Shown in pieces: positions 1 to 10,404 of a stretch of DNA of 64,000 nt. The number at the start of each line of letters is the position of its first letter. The first letter of the stretch is position 1. A program made the position numbers and the translations under genes. The notes beneath the pieces were generated by a model. The model saw only the letters and a program-made list of their open reading frames with translations, had not been told where the DNA came from and did not search any database. The stretch comes from an uncultured Chloroflexia bacterium (GTDB lineage Bacteria; Chloroflexota; Limnocylindria; Limnocylindrales; CSP1-4), in NCBI GenBank assembly GCA_963720755.1, contig CAVRGP010000011.1, forward strand, positions 192,001 to 256,000, given 5' to 3'.

Positions 1-1
1 G

Positions 2-1060
2 GCCGCGGCGACCGGATTCCCGATCGCGGGCGATCCGTTGTCCGGGGTCCGATGCGGGCCACACGATCGCCGCCTCGTCCTCGCCCATGCCGACCATCTC
101 GTTCGACCGGGGCGCTGGATCGATGCCCACCGACCGGAACTCATCCTCCGCTTCGGGGCGACCCCGACGTCGAAGCCGATGCTCACCCTGATCGGTCAGG
201 TGGCACCCACCCAGATCGTCATCGATCCCGACCGTGGCTGGAGCGAGCCGGCGATCATCGCGACGACATTCGTCCAGGCCGACGCGACGGCGACGGCAAT
301 GGCCCTGACCGAGGCAGTCACCTCGATCAGGGCCGCGTCCGACCGGGACCCGTCCGCCTCGACGTGGGCCAGCGACTGGGCCGACGCGGACGCCACTGCC
401 GGTCGGGCGCTGGGCGATTGGCTTGCCGGCGTGGAAGCTCGAGACGAAGCCTTCGAGGGCCTGCCGTTCGCCATCCTGGGCGGGCTGTTGCCGGACGGCG
501 CGCTGCTGTGGGCAGGGAACAGCATGCCCGTCCGCGATCTCGACGACTGGCTGCCTGGTGGCACATCGGCCATCCGCCCGCTGTCGAACCGTGGCGCCAA
601 CGGTATCGACGGGGTGGTGTCGACGGCCCTGGGCGCCTCGGCCGCGGGGGTCGGACCCGTGGCGCTCGTCGTCGGCGATCTGTCCTTCCTGCACGACCTG
701 AATGCGCTCGTCGCGGCTCGGCTGCTCGGACTCTCGGCCACGATCGTGGTCGTTGAAAACGATGGCGGCGGGATCTTCTCCTTCCTGCCGCAGGCGACCG
801 TCCAGGATCCGGGGGTCGGCCTGCCCGACCATTACGAGGAGTTGTTCGGGACACCGCACGGGATCGACATCGGACCGATCGTCACCGCCCTCGGCGGTAC
901 CTATCGCTCGGTCGGGGCGGGCGACTTGCGCGACGCCCTGTCCGGATCGATCGGTCGGACCGGCGTCCACGTCCTCGGCTATCGAACCGAGCGGGCGAGG
1001 AACGTCGTACTCCACCATGAGGCGGCGGCCACCGTGGCCGCGGCACTTGCCGGCGGATGA
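2..1060 (+). CDS. menD: SEPHCHC synthase MenD (5'-truncated by window edge)
   Basis: Frame open from position 2 (GFPIAGDPLSGVR). Contains GNSMPVRDLD, NRGANGIDGVVSTALG and the TPP-binding GDLSFLHDLN...NDGGGIF motif. First gene of the visible men operon. Confidence 0.95.
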   Translation, partial: AAATGFPIAGDPLSGVRCGPHDRRLVLAHADHLVRPGRWIDAHRPELILRFGATPTSKPMLTLIGQVAPTQIVIDPDRGWSEPAIIATTFVQADATATAMALTEAVTSIRAASDRDPSASTWASDWADADATAGRALGDWLAGVEARDEAFEGLPFAILGGLLPDGALLWAGNSMPVRDLDDWLPGGTSAIRPLSNRGANGIDGVVSTALGASAAGVGPVALVVGDLSFLHDLNALVAARLLGLSATIVVVENDGGGIFSFLPQATVQDPGVGLPDHYEELFGTPHGIDIGPIVTALGGTYRSVGAGDLRDALSGSIGRTGVHVLGYRTERARNVVLHHEAAATVAAALAGG

Positions 1061-1878
1061 GCGCCGTCTGGCTGGATGGTCTTCGCTGGGAGGTCCGGGT
1101 CCGCGGCGCCGGCGCCCCGGTCCTCCTCCTGCACGGATTCACCGGCCGCGGCTCGGGATGGGCGGACCACGCCACCGCGCTCGCCAGGTCGTTCCGGGTC
1201 ATCGTCGTGGACCTGCCAGGGCACGGTCGCTCCGGGATCCCGACCGGCCCGGGTCGCGCCAGCGTGGAACGCACCGCCGGCGATCTGGCTGCGATCCTGC
1301 AGCGGACGGGATCGGCTCCCGCCCATGTGGTCGGCTACTCGCTCGGTGCGCGGATCGCCCTGCGTCTCGCCATCGATGCCCCGGACACGATCCGACGGCT
1401 GGTCGTGGAGAGCCCATCCGCCGGCATCGCGTCCGAGATCGACCGGGCCGCTCGCCGAGCGGCGGACGAGAAACTGGCCGTCCGACTGGAAGCTGAAGGG
1501 ATCGTCCCGTTCGTCGACGCGTGGCAGCGACAACCGGTCTTCGCCAGCCACGCCAGATCGTCGGCGGCGCGCAGGCGTCGGCTCCGCTCCGAACGTCTCC
1601 GCAATCGTCCGGCCGGTCTTGCCGCGAGCCTCAGAGATGCCGGGCAGGGGAGCATGGAGCCCCTCCATCGCCGGCTCGGCGAGATCAGCGCACCGACGCT
1701 CGTCATCGCCGGCGCCCTCGACCCGACCGGGCTTGACCGCGCCAGGATCGTGGCCGGCACCATCGAAGGCGCCAGGCTGGAGGTCGTCGCCGAAGCCGGC
1801 CACACCCCGCATCTCGAGACGCCCGAGATCTTCCGTTCTCTCACCCTGGCCTTCCTGAAGGAGGAATCCGCCGCATGA
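1057..1878 (+). CDS. menH: SHCHC synthase MenH (alpha/beta hydrolase)
   Basis: [23 protein letters not shown] nucleophile elbow, [12 protein letters not shown] overlap with menD. Confidence 0.93.
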   Translation: MSAVWLDGLRWEVRVRGAGAPVLLLHGFTGRGSGWADHATALARSFRVIVVDLPGHGRSGIPTGPGRASVERTAGDLAAILQRTGSAPAHVVGYSLGARIALRLAIDAPDTIRRLVVESPSAGIASEIDRAARRAADEKLAVRLEAEGIVPFVDAWQRQPVFASHARSSAARRRRLRSERLRNRPAGLAASLRDAGQGSMEPLHRRLGEISAPTLVIAGALDPTGLDRARIVAGTIEGARLEVVAEAGHTPHLETPEIFRSLTLAFLKEESAA

Positions 1879-2702
1879 GCGCCGCCGTCCGCTGGACATC
1901 CGTCGTCGACTACGAGGACATCCGTTATGAGCACTCGGGGACAGGTATCGCCCGGGTCACCATCGATCGGCCGGAGGTCCACAACGCCTTTCGCCCGGAG
2001 ACCGTCCAGGAGCTCATCGACGCGTTTGCCCGGATCCGCGACGAACCGACGATCGGCTGCGTGCTCCTGACCGGCGCCGGCGACAAGGCGTTCTGCTCCG
2101 GGGGCGACCAGCGCTTCAAGGACCGGGGCGGGTACGTCGGTGGGGACGGGCTGGCCCGGCTCAACGTGCTCGACCTGCAGCGCCAGATCCGGTCCCTGCC
2201 GATCCCGGTCATCGCCCTCGTCAACGGGTACGCGATCGGTGGCGGCCAGGTCCTCCAGGTCGTGTGCGACCTCGCGATCGCCGGGGACAACGCCATCTTC
2301 GGACAGGTCGGCCCGCAGGTCGGCAGCTTCGATGCCGGGTTCGGGGTCGGCCTGCTCGCCCGACTGGTCGGCGATCGCAAGGCCAAGGAGATCTGGTTCC
2401 TGTGTCGCCGCTACGATGCGGCCGCGGCGCTCGAGATGGGGCTGGTCAACCATGTCGTGCCGTTGGCCCAGCTTGAGGCCGAGGGTATCGCCTGGGCCGA
2501 CGAGATCCTGGCCATGAGTCCGACCGCGATCCGGTTCCTGAAGTCGGCCTTCCTGGTCGCCACCGATGGGCTGGCGGGATTGCAGGAGTTCGCCGGGAAC
2601 GCCACCGGGCTCTACTACACGACCGACGAGGCCCATGAGGGCTCACGGGCGTTCCTCGAGAAGCGCCGGCCGGACTTCTCGGCCTTCCCGCGTCGCCCGT
2701 GA
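1875..2702 (+). CDS. menB: 1,4-dihydroxy-2-naphthoyl-CoA synthase
   Basis: Crotonase fold: [54 protein letters not shown]. Confidence 0.97.
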   Translation: MSAAVRWTSVVDYEDIRYEHSGTGIARVTIDRPEVHNAFRPETVQELIDAFARIRDEPTIGCVLLTGAGDKAFCSGGDQRFKDRGGYVGGDGLARLNVLDLQRQIRSLPIPVIALVNGYAIGGGQVLQVVCDLAIAGDNAIFGQVGPQVGSFDAGFGVGLLARLVGDRKAKEIWFLCRRYDAAAALEMGLVNHVVPLAQLEAEGIAWADEILAMSPTAIRFLKSAFLVATDGLAGLQEFAGNATGLYYTTDEAHEGSRAFLEKRRPDFSAFPRRP

Positions 2703-3607
2703 CGGGCGATCGTCCGTCCCACGTTCGGATCTGGCTCCTGGCGATCCGGCCGGCGACGCTGCCCGCGGCCGTCAGCGGCGTGGCCGTCGGACTTGGTGCC
2801 GCCCTCGCCATCGGAACGACCTTCCGGGCGGACGCGGCCGTCGGCTGCCTGTTCGTGGCGCTGCTCCTCCAGATCACGGCCAACCTGGCAAATGACCTGT
2901 CGGATTTCCGCAAGGGCGCGGATACGCCCGACCGGACGGGGCCTGTGCGAGTCGCCGCCGCCGGCCTCGTGACGGAGCGCCAGCTGGAGGTCGCGATCGG
3001 TCTGACCGTGGCGCTCGCGGGGCTCGTCGGCCTGGGCCTGACGCTGATCGGCGGGCCGATCCTCATCGTCGTCGGAGCGCTCGCGATCGTGTCCGCGATC
3101 GCTTATACCGGTGGCCCCTGGCCGTACGGCTATCGGGGGCTCGGTGACGTCTTCGTCTTCGTTTTCTTCGGCCTCGTCGCGGTCATCGGGACGGCCTACC
3201 TCCAGGCCGGTCGCGTGGAACCGCTGTTCGTCGCGGCCGCGATCCCGGTCGGCGCGTTGACGACGGCGATCCTGGTGGTCAACAACCTGCGGGACATCCC
3301 GACGGACCGTGCGGCCGGCAAGCGCACGCTCGCGGTCATCCTGGGCGTGCGAGGGACGCGCGCCGAGTACCTGCTGTTGCTGGCGGCGGCATTCATCACG
3401 CCGGTCGCCCTGGTCGCCGGTGGCCACGGGTTCACCGTCCTGCTCCCGCTCCTCGCCCTCCCGATCGCGTCACCGCTCCTGCGGACCGTGCGGACGTTCA
3501 GCGAACCACGGCAACTCAACCCGGCGCTCAAGGGGACGGCCCGGCTGGCCCTGGCCTACGGCGTGCTCTTCGCCATCGGGCTGGCCCTCGACGGCGTGAT
3601 CGCGTGA
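2699..3607 (+). CDS. menA: DHNA polyprenyltransferase
   Basis: UbiA family membrane protein with [19 protein letters not shown] and [18 protein letters not shown] motifs. GTGA overlap with menB. Confidence 0.95.
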   Translation: MTGDRPSHVRIWLLAIRPATLPAAVSGVAVGLGAALAIGTTFRADAAVGCLFVALLLQITANLANDLSDFRKGADTPDRTGPVRVAAAGLVTERQLEVAIGLTVALAGLVGLGLTLIGGPILIVVGALAIVSAIAYTGGPWPYGYRGLGDVFVFVFFGLVAVIGTAYLQAGRVEPLFVAAAIPVGALTTAILVVNNLRDIPTDRAAGKRTLAVILGVRGTRAEYLLLLAAAFITPVALVAGGHGFTVLLPLLALPIASPLLRTVRTFSEPRQLNPALKGTARLALAYGVLFAIGLALDGVIA

Positions 3608-4731
3608 CGGTGATCGAACGGGTCGCGGCAGATCATCTCCGGATCCCGTTCCGGCGTCCCTTCCCGACTGCGACCGGGATGTGGCTGGATCGCGATACCT
3701 GGATCCTTCGGGTGCGGGCCGCGGACGGTCGGATCGGCCTCGGCGAGGCCGTCCTGGAGACGGCGGAGGAGGGGACGGCCGACCTGATCCTGGCGTCGCT
3801 CGTCCGGGAGATGGTCGAGGGTGCTGCGGACGGCCCGCTGCCCGATCTGGCCGGCCTCGAGGTCCACGGCGCACCGGGGCGTGCGCTGCACGCGGCGATC
3901 GAGGCCGCGATGTTCGATCTCGAGCGGGAGTCGGTCCCCGCCTTCCTTCTGCCCGATGGCGACGGCGTCGGGGTCAACGCCACGATCCCGTCGCTCGGGC
4001 CTTCGGCGGCCGGACTGGCCGCGCAGCAATCCGTCGAATCGGGATTCCTGACGCTCAAGTTGAAGGCGGGCGCGGAGCGCGAGACCGATGCTCTCGTCGA
4101 CCGGGTGCGCACGATCCGCGCCGCCGTCGGGCCCGATGTCGCGCTCCGGCTCGACGTCAACGGCGCGTGGGATCTGGCGACCGCCGTCGAGCGGCTCGAG
4201 GCCATCGCCCGGTTCGATATCGAGTTCGTGGAGCAGCCCCTTGCCCCGCACGATATCGACGGGATGGCCGAGCTTCGCCGACGCATCCGCATCCCGGTCG
4301 CCGCCGACGAGGCGGTGACGTCCGTGCAGGGCGCGCGCGCCTTGATATCGGCCGATGCCGCGGACGTCCTGGTCGTCAAGCCGACCCGCGTTGGCGGCCT
4401 GGCTGCGAGTGCGGCGATCGCAGAGCTGGCAGCAGAGCGGGGCGTGCCCGTCGTCATCAGTACCCTGTTCGAGACCGGGATCGGGATGGCTGCCGCGCTG
4501 ACCGCCGCCGCCGCTCTCCCCGACGTCAGGTCGTCGCGGGTGGACACGCCGCTCGATCACGGGCTCGCCACGGCCGGCCTTCTCGAGCACGACCTGCTCG
4601 CCGGATCCCTGCCGGTCGTCGAGGGCCGCCTGTTCGCTCCAGGGGGACCGGGAGCCGGCGGACTCGGGATCGTGCTCGATGCGACCGCCCTCGGCCGGTA
4701 CCGGATCGAGGCCGTCGGGACCATTTCATGA
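3604..4731 (+). CDS. menC: o-succinylbenzoate synthase (enolase superfamily)
   Basis: KLK, RLDVNG, EQP, ADE and VKP enolase-superfamily catalytic motifs, located inside the men operon. Confidence 0.88.
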   Translation: MTVIERVAADHLRIPFRRPFPTATGMWLDRDTWILRVRAADGRIGLGEAVLETAEEGTADLILASLVREMVEGAADGPLPDLAGLEVHGAPGRALHAAIEAAMFDLERESVPAFLLPDGDGVGVNATIPSLGPSAAGLAAQQSVESGFLTLKLKAGAERETDALVDRVRTIRAAVGPDVALRLDVNGAWDLATAVERLEAIARFDIEFVEQPLAPHDIDGMAELRRRIRIPVAADEAVTSVQGARALISADAADVLVVKPTRVGGLAASAAIAELAAERGVPVVISTLFETGIGMAAALTAAAALPDVRSSRVDTPLDHGLATAGLLEHDLLAGSLPVVEGRLFAPGGPGAGGLGIVLDATALGRYRIEAVGTIS

Positions 4732-7067
4732 TCGGGATCGGCGGCAGCGTGGCATCGGCATCTGGCGGCGACGCGCTGGCGATCGTCGACGGCTCCCTCC
4801 GCTGGACGTGGCACGACCTCGACGTCCACGCTGGATCGGCCGCCCGGAACCTGGCGGGATCCGGGATCGGGCGGGGCGATCGGGTCGCGCTCCTGACCGC
4901 CCCGTCCGCCGCGATGGTCGCCGCGCTGCACGGCCTGGCCCGACTCGGTGCCGTCGCGGCGCCGCTGCCGATGACCGCGACCGCGCGCGAACTCGCCGTC
5001 GCCGTCGCCGCCATGGACCCGCGGTCGATCATCGTCGAGTCGGCCACCGAGGCCGCGGTGGCTGGACTCGAACGGTCGGCGATGCGTCTTGGGGAGCTTC
5101 TCGAACCGGCATACGGTCTGGACGATGGGCCAGAGGCGGCCCCAGGAACGGGTCTCGGGACACCAGGCGATCCATCCGCGCCCGCGGTCGCGGTCCTCAC
5201 CTCCGGGACGACCGGCCGCCCGAAAGTGACGCTCCTGTCCGCCGGGGCCCTCGCGGCCAGCGGTGCGGCCTGGTTGGCGGTCCTGCCCCCGGCGACCGGA
5301 TGGCTGCTCGCCCTCGGCCTGAGCCACGTCGCCGGGCTCGGGGTCGTGTGGCGCGCCGCGATGTCCCGAGTGCCGCTGGTCATCGTTCGCCGGACGGACC
5401 CCGCCACGATCCTGACCGCCCTGACGGCCGATCCGGCGCCCAGCCACCTGTCGGTCGTGCCGACGATGCTCACCCGGCTGCTCGACGAAGGTGGCGGCGG
5501 CCGCCCGCCGGCGACGATCCGCGCGGTCCTGCTCGGCGGCGGTCGGATCCCACCCGAGCTCGTCACCCGGGCGATCGACGCGGGCTGGCCGATCGTCCCG
5601 ACCTACGGCCTGTCCGAGATGGCCTCGGGCGTGACGGCTGCCACGACCGACGAGGCGGCCCGCGAACCCACCACTGCTGGACGCGCGCTGCCCGGGACCG
5701 AGATCAGGATCGTGGCTTCGGAGCGGGACGGCATCGGCGGGATCGAGGTCCGTGGCCCGTCGATCTTCAGTGGCTACCTGGGCGATCCGGACGGCACCGC
5801 CGCCGCCGTCAGCCCCGATGGCTGGCTCCGGACCGGCGATCTCGGTCGACTCGATGCCGCAGGGCGGCTGACCGTGTTCGACCGGCGGACCGACCGGATC
5901 GTCCGCGGCGGGGAAAACATCGCGCCGGCCGAGATCGAGCTGGTGTTGTCGGGCCATCCGGCCATCGCCGAGGTGGCCGTCGTCGCCCGACGGGACGCGC
6001 TCTTCGGCCAGGTGCCGATCGCGGCCATCGTCCTTCGGCCCGGCGCCACCGACCCCGCCGATGACGACCTGATCGCGTTGTGCCTCGAGCACCTGGCCCG
6101 GTTCAAGGTGCCCGCCGCCTTCATCCGTCTCGACGACCTTCCCAGGACCAGCGGCGGCAAGCTGCGGCGGGCGGAACTCCGGGCCAGGCTGGATCCCGGC
6201 GAAGCCCCGTCACGTGACGATCGCGTCGATCGACCGGGCGGGGTCCACGTCGCGTATCGAACCCATGGCACGGGGCCGGTCCACCTGCTCCTGCTCCACG
6301 GGACCCTGTCGACCGCCGCCCAGCTGGCGGCACTCGCGCGACACCTCGTCACCCCCGGCGATCTGACGGTGCATGCCGTCGACCGCCGCGGCAGCGGCCA
6401 GAGCCGGCTCGATCGGCCGTCGCCGATCGAGGTCGGTGTCCACGTTGACGACCTCCTGGCGATCCTCGACGCGGAGGGCTGTCCCGCCGCTGCCGTCGCC
6501 GGGGTGAGTTTCGGCGGGGTGGTCGGCCTCGAACTCGCGGCGCGCGCGCCCGGTCGGGTCCTCGCGCTCGTCGCCTACGAACCGCCGTATGGCCCGCTCG
6601 CCGATCCCGACACGCGCACGACCTTCCAGGCTGTGGCCGCCACCACCGATCGGGCGTTCCAGCGTGGCGGGACCGCCGCGGCCGCCGAAGCGTTCATGCG
6701 CGGCGTCGCCGGCTATGAAGCGTGGGAGCGGCTGCCCGAGCGCACGCGGCGATCCCTCGCCGACGAGGGCGGTGGCGCCTACGTCGATGCCGCCCTTCTC
6801 GGCCTCGACCCGACCGGTCTGGCCGGGATCACGGCACCGACCACGATCCTGACCGGTGACGCCAGCGAGCCGTTCTACCGGCCGATCGCCGAAGCGTTGA
6901 CGGCGCGGATCGATGGCGCCCGGCATGTCGGATCGCCGGGGATGAAGCATGCTTCGCCGATCACCGAGCCGGTACCCGTCGCCGCCGCGATCCGGACGGC
7001 ACTCGCCGAGGCCGGCCTGATCGGGCCGGATCCGCATCCGGTCGTCATCGAGGAGCCCACGACGTGA
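4728..7067 (+). CDS. menE: o-succinylbenzoate-CoA ligase fused to a C-terminal alpha/beta hydrolase (779 aa)
   Basis: ATG at 4728 overlaps the menC stop (ATGA). Adenylation motifs TSGTTGRPK, YGLSE, RTGDLG, GGENIAPAEIE, GKLRR. In the same frame follows a hydrolase domain with LLHG, DRRGSG, GVSFGG and GMKH. Confidence 0.9.
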   Translation: MIGIGGSVASASGGDALAIVDGSLRWTWHDLDVHAGSAARNLAGSGIGRGDRVALLTAPSAAMVAALHGLARLGAVAAPLPMTATARELAVAVAAMDPRSIIVESATEAAVAGLERSAMRLGELLEPAYGLDDGPEAAPGTGLGTPGDPSAPAVAVLTSGTTGRPKVTLLSAGALAASGAAWLAVLPPATGWLLALGLSHVAGLGVVWRAAMSRVPLVIVRRTDPATILTALTADPAPSHLSVVPTMLTRLLDEGGGGRPPATIRAVLLGGGRIPPELVTRAIDAGWPIVPTYGLSEMASGVTAATTDEAAREPTTAGRALPGTEIRIVASERDGIGGIEVRGPSIFSGYLGDPDGTAAAVSPDGWLRTGDLGRLDAAGRLTVFDRRTDRIVRGGENIAPAEIELVLSGHPAIAEVAVVARRDALFGQVPIAAIVLRPGATDPADDDLIALCLEHLARFKVPAAFIRLDDLPRTSGGKLRRAELRARLDPGEAPSRDDRVDRPGGVHVAYRTHGTGPVHLLLLHGTLSTAAQLAALARHLVTPGDLTVHAVDRRGSGQSRLDRPSPIEVGVHVDDLLAILDAEGCPAAAVAGVSFGGVVGLELAARAPGRVLALVAYEPPYGPLADPDTRTTFQAVAATTDRAFQRGGTAAAAEAFMRGVAGYEAWERLPERTRRSLADEGGGAYVDAALLGLDPTGLAGITAPTTILTGDASEPFYRPIAEALTARIDGARHVGSPGMKHASPITEPVPVAAAIRTALAEAGLIGPDPHPVVIEEPTT

Positions 7068-7807
7068 CCAAGCCAAAGGATGTGCCGGACGGACGCGCGA
7101 CCGACCGCGGCAACGCCGCCCCGACCTCCGAGGTCAGCGCGATGTTCGACTCGATCGCTCGCGTCTACGATCCGATGAACCTCGTCATCTCCGCGTTCCA
7201 GGAGCCTCGCTGGCGGAAGCGTGCGGTCAGCCTCTCCGGGGCCGGGCCAGGTGGCCGGATCCTCGATGTCGCGACCGGCACCGGAAAGGTCGCGGCCGAC
7301 CTGAATCGGCACGTGCAGCCGGGCGGGAGCGTCCTTGGCATCGATATCTCACCGGGCATGATCGGGGTCGCCCGGCGCCGCTTCCCCGACCGGCCGGGAC
7401 TCACGTTCATGGTCGGTGACGCCCTGGCCCTGCCGACCGACGACGCGTCGTTCGACGCGGCCACGATCGCCTTCGGCATGCGCAATCTGCCGGACTACGC
7501 CAAGGGCTTCGCGGAGATGGTCCGGTCAGTCCGGCCGGGTGGCCGCGTGGTCTGCCTCGAGATCGCCCGGCCCCGGAGCCGGCCGGCGCGAGTCCTGCAG
7601 CTGTGGTTCGACCGGGTCGTGCCCCTGGTCGGCAGGGTGGCTGGCCAGGGCGGCGCGTACGGCTACCTCGTCCGCAGCGTGCGTGGCTACCCCGATCCCG
7701 AGCGGATCGCCGAGATCATGCGCGACGTCGGCCTCGAATCGGTCAGCTGGCAACCGATGTCCGGCGGGATCGTCACCCTCCACGTGGGGACCGTGCCCGA
7801 ACGGTGA
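7064..7807 (+). CDS. menG: Demethylmenaquinone methyltransferase (UbiE/MenG)
   Basis: MFDSIARVYDPMN, LDVATGTG SAM motif, IAFGMRN, RPGG. Last gene of the men operon. Confidence 0.92.
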   Translation: MTKPKDVPDGRATDRGNAAPTSEVSAMFDSIARVYDPMNLVISAFQEPRWRKRAVSLSGAGPGGRILDVATGTGKVAADLNRHVQPGGSVLGIDISPGMIGVARRRFPDRPGLTFMVGDALALPTDDASFDAATIAFGMRNLPDYAKGFAEMVRSVRPGGRVVCLEIARPRSRPARVLQLWFDRVVPLVGRVAGQGGAYGYLVRSVRGYPDPERIAEIMRDVGLESVSWQPMSGGIVTLHVGTVPER

Positions 7808-7839
7808 ATCCGGCGAGCTTGCGGTAGCATTCCTCGCCC

Positions 7840-8778
7840 ATGACGGAGACGCCCACTCCCTCGCTCATCCATGCCCGCGGCCTGACCAAACGGTTCGGCG
7901 GGTTCACCGCGGTCGACGCGATCGACTTCGATGTCGCGCCCGGGGAATCGTTCGGATTCCTCGGACCGAACGGCGCCGGCAAGACGTCGACGATGCGGAT
8001 GATCGGGTGCGTCTCGCCGATCACGAATGGGCTCCTGACCGTGATGGGGATGGACCCGGCCACGGACGGCGCTCGGATCCGGGCGCGCCTCGGCGTCGTG
8101 CCCCAGACCGACACCCTCGATGTCGAACTGACCGTTCGCGAGAACCTGTCGATCTACGGCCGCTATTTCGGGCTCAGTCGGGCGGAAGTCAACCGACGGG
8201 CCGATGAGCTGCTCGAATTCGCCCAGCTGACCGAGCGCGCCAACGACCAGGTCGAGCCGTTGTCGGGCGGCATGAAGCGGCGCCTGACGATCGCCCGGTC
8301 CTTGATCAACGAGCCGACAGTGCTGCTCCTCGACGAACCCACGACCGGTCTCGACCCACAGGCCCGCCACCTGCTGTGGGATCGCCTGTACCGGCTCAAG
8401 CAGCGCGGCGTCACCCTTGTCCTGACGACCCACTACATGGACGAGGCGGAGCAGCTATGCGACCGGCTGGTGGTCATGGACAAGGCGAAGATCGTCGCGA
8501 TGGGTAGTCCGCGCTCATTGATCGAGCAGTATTCGACCCGCGAGGTCACCGAGTTGCGCTTCGCTCCCGGGATCGCCGAGACGCTCGACGGCGAACTCGA
8601 CGGCCTGGCCGAGCGGATCGAGCATCTGCCCGATCGCGTCCTCCTGTACGCGGATGACGGCGACGCTGCCGCGGCCGCGGTCCATGCCCGTGGGCTTCGA
8701 CCCGAGACGGTCCTCGTTCGACGCTCGTCGCTCGAGGACGTCTTCCTTCGCCTGACCGGCCGTTCATTGATCGACTGA
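7840..8778 (+). CDS. ABC-2 exporter ATP-binding protein (NodI-like)
   Basis: GPNGAGKT, LSGGMKRRLTIARSL, LLLDEPTTGLD, TTHYMDEAE. Confidence 0.9.
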   Translation: MTETPTPSLIHARGLTKRFGGFTAVDAIDFDVAPGESFGFLGPNGAGKTSTMRMIGCVSPITNGLLTVMGMDPATDGARIRARLGVVPQTDTLDVELTVRENLSIYGRYFGLSRAEVNRRADELLEFAQLTERANDQVEPLSGGMKRRLTIARSLINEPTVLLLDEPTTGLDPQARHLLWDRLYRLKQRGVTLVLTTHYMDEAEQLCDRLVVMDKAKIVAMGSPRSLIEQYSTREVTELRFAPGIAETLDGELDGLAERIEHLPDRVLLYADDGDAAAAAVHARGLRPETVLVRRSSLEDVFLRLTGRSLID

Positions 8779-8783
8779 GCCGG

Positions 8784-9578
8784 ATGACATCGCTGGCACG
8801 CCCCAGTTCCCCCGTCGGCCGGGTCTTCGAGCATCGGTTCCTGCTCTACCGGCGGACGTTCCGCGCATCGATCTTCTCGTCGTTCGTGTCGCCGGCCCTG
8901 TTCCTGACGGCGATGGGGATCGGTCTCGGCGGCTATGTGACCAACGACGCGGCGCTGGGCGGGGTGCCCTACCTCGCATTCCTGGCTCCTGGACTGCTGG
9001 CCGCGACCGCGATGCAATCGGCTTCGTTCGAGGCCACGTTCCCGATCATGGGCGGACTCGTCTGGAGCAAGATCTTCCACGCGATGTACGCGACGCCGAT
9101 CTCGCCGCGTGACATCGCCCTCGGTAATCTCGCCTGGATCGCCGCTCGACTGACGCTGATCGCGACGATCTTCACCCTCGTCATCGTCGCGTTCGGGGCC
9201 GCGGAGTCGCCGACCGTCGTGTTCTCGATCCCGGCCGCCGTGCTGACCGGACTCGCCTTTGCCGGGCCGATCGCCGCGTTCTCGGCCACCCAGAAGACAC
9301 CCAACAAGTTCGCGGCCATCTTCCGGTTCGGGATCACCCCGCTGTTCCTGTTCTCCGGGACGTTCTTCCCGATCAGCTCGTTGCCCGCGGTGCTCCAGGC
9401 CCTCGCCTGGTTGACACCCCTGTTCCACGGCGTGGCGCTCACCCGGGGGCTGTCGCTGGGTACGGTCAGCGAAGACCCGGTCGCCATGGCGATCCACCTG
9501 GCCTACCTCGTCGCGCTCGCCTCGGTCGGGGCGTACCTGACGATCCGGAACATCGAGCGCAGGCTGGTCCGCGGATGA
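8784..9578 (+). CDS. ABC-2 type permease (NodJ-like)
   Basis: About six hydrophobic segments with YLAFLAPG and LFLFSGTFFP. Follows the ATPase gene. Confidence 0.88.
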   Translation: MTSLARPSSPVGRVFEHRFLLYRRTFRASIFSSFVSPALFLTAMGIGLGGYVTNDAALGGVPYLAFLAPGLLAATAMQSASFEATFPIMGGLVWSKIFHAMYATPISPRDIALGNLAWIAARLTLIATIFTLVIVAFGAAESPTVVFSIPAAVLTGLAFAGPIAAFSATQKTPNKFAAIFRFGITPLFLFSGTFFPISSLPAVLQALAWLTPLFHGVALTRGLSLGTVSEDPVAMAIHLAYLVALASVGAYLTIRNIERRLVRG

Positions 9579-10375
9579 CGGCGATGCGGGTAGCGCCCGC
9601 CTTCACCATGGGTAGCCGGCGGTCGGCTCGACTGATCGAACGGAATCTGTACGTCTACAAGCACGGCTGGCTGGTGCTCCTGTCCGGCTTCTTCGAACCC
9701 CTCTTCTACCTCCTCGGTATCGGCTTCGGGCTCGGCGCGCTCATCGGCACGATCCCGGGTCCGGACGGCCAGCCGATCAGTTACCAGGCGTTCGTCGCCC
9801 CGGCCCTTCTGGCCAGCGCGGCGATGAACGGCGCGATCAACGAGAGCACGTTCAACTTCTTCTTCAAGCTCAACTACAACAAGACCTTCACATCCATCCT
9901 GGCCACGCCCCTGTCGCCCGGGGACATCGCCCTCGGTGAGCTCGGATGGGCGCTCATCCGTGGCGGGCTCTATTCGATCGGGTTCATGGGCGTGATGCTG
10001 GTCTTCGGGCTGTTCACCTCGCCCTGGGTCGTGCTGGCCGTGCCGGCGGCCCTCCTCGTGGGGTTCGCCTTCGGGGCCGTCGGGATGGCGGCAACGTCGT
10101 TCATGAAGTCGTGGCAGGACTTCGACCTGATCCAGCTGGTGGTCTTGCCGATGTTCCTGTTCTCGGGCACGTTCTACCCGATCGACGCGTACCCGGAAGC
10201 GCTCCAGCTGTTCGTCCGACTGACGCCGCTCTACCAGGGCGTCGACCTGATCCGGTCGCTCACTCTCGGCCTGATCTCGCCGATCCTGATCGTTCACGTC
10301 GCGTACCTGACGGTCATGGGCGTCGTCGGCCTGGCCGTCACCTCGAGGCGGCTGGACCAGCTGCTCCTGCGCTAG
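9575..10375 (+). CDS. ABC-2 type permease (second subunit)
   Basis: Paralog of the preceding gene (FVAPALLA, MFLFSGTFYP). ATGA overlap. Confidence 0.88.
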   Translation: MTAMRVAPAFTMGSRRSARLIERNLYVYKHGWLVLLSGFFEPLFYLLGIGFGLGALIGTIPGPDGQPISYQAFVAPALLASAAMNGAINESTFNFFFKLNYNKTFTSILATPLSPGDIALGELGWALIRGGLYSIGFMGVMLVFGLFTSPWVVLAVPAALLVGFAFGAVGMAATSFMKSWQDFDLIQLVVLPMFLFSGTFYPIDAYPEALQLFVRLTPLYQGVDLIRSLTLGLISPILIVHVAYLTVMGVVGLAVTSRRLDQLLLR

Positions 10376-10404
10376 ACCGGTCCGATCGTGGCTTCGGTGC
10401 ACCG

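Noticed and set aside
3681-4727. 1128-aa ORF suggesting a giant MenC-overlapping protein
   Set aside because: The first ~350 codons are an Arg/Gly-rich shadow frame over menC. The real menE start is ATG 4728 (ATGA overlap).
7840-10375. Nod-factor export (nodIJ)
   Set aside because: No nodABC genes. This ABC-2 subfamily is widespread in non-rhizobia and its substrate cannot be inferred.
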